A stretch of DNA of 64,000 nucleotides from Geosiphon pyriformis uo1 (Eukaryota; Fungi; Glomeromycota): positions 281,483-345,482 of the forward strand of contig JAAOMT010000082.1 in the NCBI GenBank assembly GCA_016748015.1. The letters run 5' to 3'. The translations under genes were made by a program, and so were the position numbers. Below the pieces are notes generated by a model, which made no database searches, had not been told where the DNA came from, and worked only from the letters and a program-made list of their open reading frames with translations. This document shows, piece by piece, positions 13,461 to 23,382 of this stretch; position 1 is the first letter of the stretch, and each line of letters starts with the position of its first letter.

Positions 13461-14437
13461 TGTTACCAGTAGAATTTTAGCTATTAATTAGCATGAACTT
13501 ACCCTTATAATTCCTATTATTAATTAACATATATTATTATCATTTCAATTATTACTTATTATTTAATCAAATTATCAAATATCATTACTTAATCAATAAT
13601 CCGATTTGTACTCTAGAAATTAAGATGATCAAATTACACAATACTCTGAACCATTTAACATAGTTAAAATTTGCCGAAATTAATGAAAATTTGCCGAAAT
13701 AATCAATAATTCAGTGAAATAACTTGTAAATTTGCCAAAATGTATCTTTAGTTCACCCAAATTATAGAAAAAAGAAAAGTGCAAGTTCAAAGACTAATAC
13801 TACAACAAGTTGTATAAAAGAAGAGCTTTTCTCTTCAAGAAAATATATCCTCCCCATATTCTATCATAGTAACTTACTTCCAATATCTTAATTGAAACAA
13901 ATCACTTTTTACAAAATTAAATAAAAAAAAAAATTAAATATTCGAAAACCAAATCCTTAAATTATTACACTTGAAATTCCCTCAAAACACAACTAACGTT
14001 TTGAAATTGATTAGCTACCAATTTTAATGAACTGTTAGTGACTTCAGGCCTGGATAGAAAATGTTTCCATTGGAAAATTCTATTTCTTTTACATTTCTTT
14101 TATTTTTTTTTTATTTTCTTATCACAAATTATTAGGGTAGCCTACAGACAAGATTTCTGTAGAAGAGTTGACTTTTACAGCAAAGTAACTACACATTTTA
14201 ATAAGCTTCCAGATGAGCAATTCTTGGAAAAGAGTTGACATTTACTACAACATAACTACACAAAGTAACTGGCATAGAATTGGCCATTCCACTTATAAGC
14301 CCAGCAGTTCAAATTATAGAAAATAATTTGAAGATAAATTCAGTTATTAGAGGTTCAACTACTTCTAAAAAACGTAAATTTACAACAAACAGACATCAAC
14401 AACATTCAAGAAAAGAGACTAAAAACCTCTGGTAACA
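13461..14437 (+). repeat. 5' LTR (977 bp)
   Basis: Direct repeat of 22406..23382 (~33 mismatches by manual count); 9-bp terminal inverted repeat TGTTACCAG/CTGGTAACA. Confidence 0.97.
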
Positions 14438-14439
14438 TT

Positions 14440-14457
14440 TGGTGCTTTCTCATGGAA
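14440..14457 (+). promoter_or_regulatory. Putative tRNA primer-binding site
   Basis: TGGTGCTTTCTC... starts after a 2-nt spacer following the 5' LTR; TGG pairs with tRNA CCA. The cognate tRNA cannot be assigned without the tRNA set. Confidence 0.75.
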
Positions 14458-14482
14458 ATAATACAGCAATAACAACTTCAAA

Positions 14483-16320
14483 GTGGCAACCACACCAGAC
14501 ACAACAATTCTAGAGTATTATCAGTCAATTTACACCCACTACAAGCAAAGATTCAACATCCCAGACGGAATTGAGGTTGTCAAAAAATCAGTATACCAAT
14601 ACATTGAAAACCACATTAACAATTATTTTTTTGGAAACTACAACATTTCAGAAGTTAGAAGCAACCTCTACAATAATTTAGTACACTATTCACAATTAGG
14701 AACAGAAGACTTGAACAGTGAAACACTTGCTACCTATTTTCAAGAACTTAATTTTAACATTATTGAGTATTGTGAAGAAAATTACCTAGTGCAGTTTCAA
14801 TACTCTATTGACTTTGAATCAGAAACAGAAACAAGCAACAAAAACAAACAGAAAGTGAAACAATACTCAAAAACCACCCCAAATACTCCAATACTACTGA
14901 AAACAACTGCCAAATACTTGCAAACACCTAAACAAAAAACCAGTGTCAAATTACCACTTTCTATTACACCATTTCCAATTTTACTTGTTCAACCACAAAC
15001 ACCAAGTTCACCATTTAATCATTTCTCCTGACCAGAAGATTATCAGTCACCTAAAAATTCTGTTCAACAGCAAGAACCAATATCAACAAGTGCCAATATC
15101 ATTGATTACTTACAAAAAAACGAAAGTAATCATTTAGAAAGTCTGGAAAATGAAGAAACTGAATTAAAACAAGAAGAAACCACAGAAAACAAAGAAGAAA
15201 TGGCAACTGCTTATATTGCAAAAATTCCAGAATTCACTGGTGAAGATAATAATACCAGTCCTTAAGAATGGCTTGACAAAGTCCAGAAAGCAGGAGATGC
15301 AAATAAATGAAATGCAGCAAGAATGCTTAAAGCAATTCCATACTTTCTCCAAGGAACAGCAGGCAAATGGTTTGAGAATTTGGATGCATCTTTTGAAAAT
15401 TAACAAGCATTCAAAGATGCTTTTTTATAACAGTTTATTGACAACAACACATCCATCACTCTCCAAAATTGGTTCTGAAATATCAACAAAAACTAAGTGA
15501 ATTAGTCATGATCTACTTATAGAAGTTCAACAAACTTCTCAGAAGAATTTGCCAATTAGAAACCAATAATTACTATTCTGATACCCAAATCTTAGATCAA
15601 TTCATTGCTGGACTGAAAGACAAATTCATCAAAAAAGTTCATTCACATTCACTTGAAGATTTGGCCACTGCTATTAGACATGCCAAAAACTATGAAATAA
15701 CAATGGAAGAAGCAAATTACACCAAGCTTGTCAACTTAGCTATTGGAGAAACCAGCTTAGTAGCTGAAAAAAAAATAGACCAACTCACAAAAAAAGTTGA
15801 AAATTATTTCACTAACTAACAACAACAGCAGCAGCAACTACAAAGATATCAACCACCACAACAACGAAACCAAAACAACCTTGGATTACCATCTAACAAC
15901 CAATCTCAAAATTGTTATTATTGTGGAATTCCAAGACACTAGAAACAAGATTGCAGGAAATTGCAAAGAGACCAACAAAATAGGAGTAATCAACATTATT
16001 CTTTACCACAACAATCTTATTACCAACCTCCACCACCAACTTATCATTCACCAAGACCACAAAATCAAAACAATTACTATCAACCAGCACCACAACTAAT
16101 ACAGCAACAATATTAGCAATCTTTATCAATTCAGCAATATCAGACACAACCCACTCAACAATATTAAGTACCAGCCAGAAAATTGGTTCAACATATCCAA
16201 TTCACACCTCAAAATCAATTTTAGAATAACAACAATAGAATCAACCCAAATAACCAATTAGTTCTCCGAAATTCTGGTCAGCAAAGACCAAATCACTTTC
16301 ACATTCAATCCAGTTATTTA
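14483..16320 (+). pseudogene. gag: Gag: N-terminal extension, capsid domain, CCHC knuckle, Gln/Pro/Asn-rich tail
   Basis: Capsid-like MATAYIAKIPEFTGEDNNTSP*EWLDKV...LDQFIAGL from 15200; knuckle CYYCGIPRH*KQDC at ~15913-15954; several stops and one frameshift near 15490. Confidence 0.9.
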
Positions 16321-16323
16321 ACA

Positions 16324-16900
16324 ATGACTGAAGAATTGAATTATCAACAAACTGCACTTTCTGAAGATAAAGCTGCAGCACCAAGAACAAACCCTTCCAA
16401 CTATACTATTCTACCAGCTCAAATTGCCCAAAATGCCAATTTTTTAGATATATTCCCATTTGAATTTGAAGCAAATGAATCACCATTCTTGCTTAGTAAT
16501 GCAGCAGTTAATGAACAGAAAGCAATTACTGCTATGTACACAGAAGCTGAAGTAGAAGGAAAACCCATTTGCTTAATCCTAGATAGTAGATCTGCTGGAA
16601 GTATCATCACTTACCAGCTAATGCAGCAACTCAAACGGAATGTAGACAGACCAGCTCAAACAGTTATTGTTACAGCTGATGGTATAAAAAAAACTCCAGT
16701 AGAAGAAATTGATAATTTTCCCTTTACAATTGATGGAATTATCATTCCAGTTAAAGTTCTTGTTATGAATGCACCCCAATACTAAGCTCTGGTTGGAAAT
16801 GATTGGCTTCTCAAAGCCAATGCAAACCTGAACTGGGAAACTCAGAAACTTAAGATCTCATACTAAGAACAATACACTATAGTACCTGCTACATATGGTA
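16324..16900 (+). pseudogene. Retroviral-type aspartic protease
   Basis: ICLILDSRSAGSII (DSG decayed to DSR by G>A) and ALVGNDWL; same frame as the gag C-terminus. Confidence 0.92.
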
Positions 16901-16929
16901 CTTTCAACAAGTGTTCAGAAAAAGCCCTA

Positions 16930-17823
16930 GTGTTTGAGGAGAAAGAAATGGCAATTACTGAAACCTACATGGCTCTTGGATCAACATCCAATTGGGCTGA
17001 AGAAACAGAACAAGAGATTTTTAAAGAAACCAGAGAATGGAAGAAAGTTAGATATTCTACACCAGAACCACGAAAGAAACCACTATATATTCCATTAAAA
17101 TGCAAAGACTACAAGAAAAAGCTTTCATTTATGAGAGCATGTATTTCTTCAGAAGAGGAATATGAAACTCACACCTGCTACTTCTACAAAGCATGCCATA
17201 AAGAACGTTTTGGATCTCCAAAAAGAAGTGGAAAATAGAACAACACCCCTTGTCTTATATGTAGAGATATGCTACCAGAAAAATGCAACTAAATTAATAT
17301 TGCAATGAGAGGAGGAGTATGTGATCAGACCTGTCAATATGTTCTATCAATTTCGGAAAAAGTCAGAAGAGGAACACTATTTGATACAGCATACAACAGC
17401 ACTCTTAATAAATTTTACCATTACTCTCATGATGTTGAAATGATTTTTGACTTAGCAATGGCATTGATCAATGAAGCCACCCAAGAAGATGTCTGCCAAA
17501 TGAAAGAAGCTGAATATATTGAGTATACCATGGAATTAGCTGGATTTGATTATAAAGATGAAATAGAAACCTACCACCAAATTGCAAGTCATACATACCC
17601 AACCAAAAAAGTTCAAATTCAACAATTAGAGCAAATAAACATTCAATTGTGTGAAGAATATGTTATGTCTTGTGATGACCAATGGTGTTTAGAATGTTAT
17701 GCTCTTAGCATTCCTCTGCCAGATGAGAATGATAATAATGAAATCGAATTTGAAGTATTTGAACTAGTAGAAGAACTACCAACTACCCCCATCTATCTTC
17801 TTGAAAAGCAACCACCTCTATAA
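16930..17823 (+). pseudogene. Cys-rich / acidic insertion in Pol, function unknown (putative zinc-binding region)
   Basis: In frame with protease and dUTPase; CxxC-type pairs CKD(Y), CYF(Y)KAC, CLIC, CDQTC, CEE(Y)VMSCDDQWCLEC. The Tyr positions are consistent with TGY>TAY decay. Confidence 0.7.
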
Positions 17824-17859
17824 CTTAAATATTTTGACAACCATGGCCAAGGAATCAGA

Positions 17860-18249
17860 CCAAAAAGAGCACACGAAATGGATGTTGGATATGATCTAAG
17901 ATACTTAGGAAAAGATACTTTGGTTCTCCAACCAAAGTCCTTGACAAAAATCAATCTCAAAATTGCTTTTGAAATACCACCAAGAGCAATGGTTCAAATT
18001 GTCTTCAGGTCATCATTGGCAAGCAAAAAAATCAATATTAGAGGAGGAGTCATAGATACAGGATATACTGGAGATATCACCATTATGTTGCAGAATAAAA
18101 TAAACAAACCATTCAGAATTGAACATGCCAAAAAGATTGCCCAAGCAATTTACTTACCCTTAATCAACATTGTGGGTTTACAATCAGTAAACAACAGAGA
18201 ACAATTGGGAAAAAGTGAAAAAGGAACTCAAGGTTTTGGTTCAACTGGA
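17860..18249 (+). pseudogene. dut: Trimeric-type dUTPase domain within Pol
   Basis: All five motifs in order: DVGYDL, RSSLA, GVIDTGYTG, KIAQ, KGTQGFGSTG. Confidence 0.95.
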
Positions 18250-18759
18250 CGATTTACAGTACCAGTAAACATAGCTCTTAATGCACAGAATAAATCTCAT
18301 CAGATTCTTCAACTTCTCCAACCAATTACCATTTCACCTTTTAGTAAACATCACGAAATTTACACTTGCTCAAAACCCACCACTACCCAACAAATCTTTG
18401 AATCCAATGAACAAATTTGTTTGAAACATGAAATCTCAATTCCAAACGTTTATATTCCCAAAGGAATAAAAAAATTTCAAGTTACATTCTACAACCCCAA
18501 TAATTATTCTATTGTCTTATTAAACAAATTAGAGATTGGAATTATACACAATAATATCTTTCAAGATAAAAACCTTCAAATTGTCTCTAATTTCATCGAA
18601 ATTGTAAGACATACTCTACTTCCAAATCCAAATATCATTCCCACTACTGAAAACTATCACCTTTTGGAAGAAAAACTCTCTCAAATCAACATGGATTCCT
18701 TGGAACCCCAACAACAAAGACAATTGAAACAATTGATAGCTGAATTTGCAAATATATTT

Positions 18760-20098
18760 ACAAAAGACAACAATGACTTGGGAAAAACTGATATTGTTCA
18801 ACATCAGATCCATACAGGAGATGCTCTACCAAAACATCAGCAAGCTTACAGAGTACCACTTGCCAGCCACCAATTTATCAGAGAAGAAGTTCAGAAAATG
18901 CTCAATAATGGATTGATTCAACCATCAAGAAGTCCTTGGGCCTCACCAATAGTCTTTGTCAAAAAGAAAAATCGGAAAAATCAGATTTTGTGTTAACTAT
19001 TGCCAATTGAACAGTGTGACAATTGAAGATGTCTACCCTCTTCCAAGAATTAATGACATGCTAAATGCTCTAGGAAAAGCCAAGTTCTTCTCAACTTTAG
19101 ACTTGGAAAGTGGATACTGACAAGTCGAAATGGACCCAAAAAATAGACCCAAAACAGCATTCACTACTCAAGAGAGAAACTATGAGTTCAATATTATGCC
19201 TTTTGGACTCTGCAATGCACCAGCAACATTTCAGCGACTCATGGATGTTGTATATAAAAAGCTTTTGTGGCAATCAGTAGTTGTCTATCTTGATGACACT
19301 GATGTATACTTACCAAGCTTTGAAGCCCACCTCATTTACTTGCGAGAAGTTTTTTAATGATTACGGAAAGCAGGATTAAAGTTAAACATTAAGAAATGTC
19401 ATTTTGAAAAAACAAGCTTAATCTTTCTTGGATACATTGTAAGCAAAGATGGAGTCAAACCAAACCCTAGAACAATCAGTGCTGTCAAAAACTTCCAAAC
19501 TCCCAAAAATACCACAGAGCTATGAGGATTTGTAGGATTAGCCTCCTACTATCAGAAATTCATTAAAGGATTCTCAGAAATTGCCAAACTACTCAATTAT
19601 CTCACCAACAAAAATGTGCTATACAAATGGATGGAAAAACAACAGAAAGCTTTTGAAACTTTCAAAACAAGATTGACAACAGCCCCAGTTCTTGCTTACC
19701 TAGACTTCAACAAACGGTTCCAACTAGCCACTGATGCTTTACATATAGCATTTGGTGCCATCCTATCACAATTGAATGAAAATGGCCAGAAACAAGTCAT
19801 TGCCTATGCCAGTAGAACACTCAAGTCAACAGAACTCAAATATGGCTCAACTAAATTGAAAGCTGCCACAGTTATTTGGGCTCTTAAACATTTTCAACAA
19901 TATCTGAAGAATGGAAAAAAATTTAACATCATAACTGACAATATTGGTTTCAAATGGCTCAATAAAAAGAAAACAAAACAAAGTGCCAAACAGTTCCAAT
20001 GAAATGATTTCTTAGCAGACTACAAATACATTGTATACCACAGGTCAGGAAAACTACACACAAATGTTGATAGTCTTTCAAGAATAAGACAAAAATAA
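18760..20098 (+). pseudogene. pol: Reverse transcriptase and RNase H
   Basis: SPWASPIVFVKKK, LDLESGY*Q, MPFGLCNAPATFQ, YLDD (19286-19297); RNase H LATDA...IAYASRTL...ITDN...NVDSLSR; frameshift near 18970. Confidence 0.96.
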
Positions 20099-20163
20099 TA
20101 CCAACACCAAACCAACAAAATACCAACAAACTACCAGCCAAACAAACAACAAAATCAACAACA

Positions 20164-21498
20164 ATAGATCTGGAAACTTACAACAACATCAAAAATTATT
20201 TGGAGACCCTTACCATGCCAGAAAATTGGTCTTTAAGTGAAAACCATTGATTACAACAACAAGCAAAACAATACTTTATTTACTACAACAAAATCTACTA
20301 CAAAAATCACAAAAATTCAAATCAATCACTCAGACTAGTACAAGAGAATGAAAAAGAAACAATTTTATACAACATGCATACAGACCTATCTTCAGCACAC
20401 TTGGGAAGAGATGGAACAATTCAAAAAACTCTTGAACATTACTTTTGGCCCCACATACAAAAAGATATTCGACAATATGTAGAATCTTGTAATAGTTGTT
20501 AAAGAAAAAAAGAAACTCACCCCACAGAATCTTTAAATCCAATCAAAGTTGGACAACCTTTTGACAGAATTGAAATTGATTTAGTCAGACCATTATCTAT
20601 TACAACCCAAGAAAATTGCTATATTGCAATAGCAGTAGATTATCTTACCAAATAACTTAAAGCTAGAGCCATCCAAAAAGCAAATGCAAAATCAGTAGCA
20701 AATTTCATCTATGAAGACATTATTTGTAAACATGAATGCCCAATTGAACTTTTATCTGATCAAAGAACACATTTTGTAAACAACTTGATACAAAAAATTT
20801 GTGTATGGTTCAATGTCAAAAGACCTTTATCATCACCTTATTATCTTGAAACAAATAGACTTGTAGAACATTTCAACAGAACATTGTGTAAATCTTTAGC
20901 CAAAGTCTCAACAAATTTTGAGCAGGAATGGGATATCTTTATTCCATCAATGTTACTAGCATACAGAACACTAAAACAAGATACTATGAAACACACACCA
21001 TTTGATTTAACTTATGGAAGGACAGCAATATTACCAATTAATTTTACAGTAGAAACATACCCTGTGCAACCAATTAATAAAAAGAACTTTCAAGAAACAC
21101 TCCAAAGAAGAGCCTACACTCTTTTTAGTACACTGGAAGGAAAAAGAAGGATAGCAGCAACTCATATTGAACATTTCCAAGCTCAATAAAAAGAAAGACA
21201 TGATAACAAATTACCACCCATAACTCACAAATTTAAAATTGGAGATAAAGTTCTCTTACACAGAACTAAGGCTGAAAAACCATGGAGTAGAAAATTTGAA
21301 AACAAATGGAATGGACCATTCTATATTCACGAAATTCTAGGCAATGGATCATACAAGTTAAGACTTGATAACAAAGTATTAGTGAAAGTTGCACATGGAG
21401 ATTGATTGAAACATTATCATTTCAGAAACAATCTTGAACTATTAATTCCACAAATTGGTACACATTCCCTTTTAATTAATCCTAAAGATATTCCCTAA
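20164..21498 (+). pseudogene. Integrase (HHCC finger, DDE core, GPF/SH3-like C-terminus, no chromodomain)
   Basis: MHTDLSSAHLG...SCNSC; IEIDLV, LLSDQ, RLVEHFNRTL; KWNGPFYIHEILGNGSYKL. Confidence 0.94.
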
Positions 21499-21717
21499 AA
21501 TTTAGAACCAATAATTATAATAAAACAACAGCCAAACTTGAACACTTAATTCAACATAATTTTACAATAATTTTTTTATATAACCCACAAAAAATAAATC
21601 AAAAATAGTAAATAATTACAAAGAAACATTTAAACCCAAAAACAAATAAAAACCCTATACCCAAAAATAATTTTCTTTATTCTCTTCAGACTTTGTTATT
21701 AATTAGTTATTTTTATC

Positions 21718-22425
21718 ATGATTATTCTCCAAAATATTCAAAAAATATCCCAAAAATTAATGTTAGCTTTGAAAACACTTCCTGACTTATCTATAACGAT
21801 TAATGGAAGTCAAATTAATTACATTCAGAAAAAAACCACAGCCCCAATAGTAAACAATTTTCAGAATTATCACCCCTATAGAAGAAAAACAAGAAGTCAT
21901 TCTGGAAGTCAATTACCAGAACTTTTAAAGCAAGCTTTAAAAGAAAACCTCTTAATTGCCCCTATTGACATTCCACCAAATGCCACATTTCAACAGAAAT
22001 TATTACTACTTCTCAATGAACAAAACAATAAACATATCCTTATTTATAGATATTTCTATATTGGAAAAACACTTAAAGAACAAAAATTGGAACTTGAAGC
22101 AACAAACATCACTCCTGAAGCTATACAAAAACAAATTCACAATAAATTTAAGACAGCAGCTGGACCAACAAACACTCACTACAAACTTAGAGCAGCTTAT
22201 AGACTCTATGACCTATTCAATACTTGTGAAAACGTTCTACAAAACCCAATACTCCAATCAATGAAGATTCAATACATTGGAAAGCTCATAGAACTGAAAT
22301 TTCAACAATTTTCAGACCAAATTACTTCAATTATTTTGGACCACTATCTTAATATCACAGATAGTGCTTGGACTTCGACAGAGCTCAGTCTTGAGGAGGA
22401 GATTATGCTACCAGTAGAATTTTAG
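21718..22425 (+). CDS. Extra 235-aa ORF in the env position of the retrotransposon, unknown function, predicted helical and soluble
   Basis: ATG-initiated, stop-free, no hydrophobic TM segment; overlaps the PPT and ends 20 nt inside the 3' LTR. Confidence 0.7.
   Translation: MIILQNIQKISQKLMLALKTLPDLSITINGSQINYIQKKTTAPIVNNFQNYHPYRRKTRSHSGSQLPELLKQALKENLLIAPIDIPPNATFQQKLLLLLNEQNNKHILIYRYFYIGKTLKEQKLELEATNITPEAIQKQIHNKFKTAAGPTNTHYKLRAAYRLYDLFNTCENVLQNPILQSMKIQYIGKLIELKFQQFSDQITSIILDHYLNITDSAWTSTELSLEEEIMLPVEF
22393..22401 (+). promoter_or_regulatory. Polypurine tract
   Basis: GAGGAGGAG, separated by 4 nt from the 3' LTR. Confidence 0.8.
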
Positions 22426-23382
22426 CTATTAATTAGCATGAAATTACCCTTATAATTCCTATTATTAATTAACATATATCATTATCATTTCGATTATTAC
22501 TTATTATTTAATCAAATTATCAAATATCATTACTCAATCAATAATCCGATTTGTACTCTAGAAATTAAGATGATCAAATTACACAATACTCTGAACTATT
22601 TAACATAGTCAAAATTTGCCGAAATTAATGAAAATTTGCCGAAATAATCAATAATTCAGTGAAATAACTTGTAAATTTGCCAAAATGTATCTTTAGTTCA
22701 CCCAAATTGTAGAAAAAAGAAAAGTGCAAGTTCAAAGACTAATACTACAACAAGTTGTATAAAAGAAGAGCTTTTCTCTTCAAAAAAATGTATCCTTCCC
22801 ATAACTTATCATAGTAACTTACTTCCAATATCTTAATTGAAACAAATCACTTTTTACAAAATTAAATAAAAAAAAAAATTAAATATTCGAAAACCAAATC
22901 CTTAAATTATTACACTTGAAATTCCCTCAAAACACAACTAACGTTTTGAAATTGATTAGCTACCAATTTCAATGAACTGTTAGTGACTCCAGGCCTGGAT
23001 AGAAAACGTTTCCATTGGAAAATTCTATTTCTTTTACATTTCTTTTATTTTTTTTTTATTTTCTTATTACAAATTATTAGGGTAGTCTACAGACGAGATT
23101 CCTGTAGAAGAGTTGACTTTTATAGCAAAGTAACTACACATTTTAGTAAGCTTCCAGACGAGCAATTCCTGGAAAAGAGTTGACATTTACTACAACATAA
23201 CTACACAAAGTAACTGGCACGGAATTGGCCATTCCACTTATAAGCCCAGCAGTTCAAATTATAGGAGATAATTTGAAGATAAATTCAGTTATTGGAGGTT
23301 CAACTACTTCTAGAAAACGTGAATTTACAACAAACAGACATCAACAACATTCAAGAAAAGAGACCAAAAACCTCTGGTAACA
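22406..23382 (+). repeat. 3' LTR (977 bp)
   Basis: Direct repeat of 13461..14437. Confidence 0.97.

Larger units (their letters stand above)
13461..23382 (+). mobile_element. Full-length decayed Ty3/gypsy LTR retrotransposon (family A, 9922 bp, no chromodomain) with dUTPase and an extra 3' ORF
   Basis: Two 977-bp LTRs with TG(T/C)TACCAG...CTGGTAACA ends, PBS and PPT; domain order gag-PR-(Cys-rich)-dUTPase-RT-RH-IN-ORF3. Confidence 0.97.

Noticed and set aside
14038-14238. 66-aa ORF duplicated at 22983..23183
   Set aside because: The duplication is just the LTR pair; non-ATG start, and the hydrophobicity comes from a T-rich tract.
17860-18249. Host or bacterial dut gene / horizontally acquired island
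   Set aside because: It is in frame within the retroelement polyprotein and bounded by the LTRs.
15893-20542. Antisense ORFs within gag-pol (e.g. 15893..16147, 16419..16610, 18616..18813, 19959..20141, 20330..20542)
   Set aside because: Shadow frames of the sense-strand coding sequence with no independent motifs.
21718-22425. env gene (endogenous retrovirus interpretation)
   Set aside because: No signal peptide, fusion peptide or TM anchor, and it is too short.
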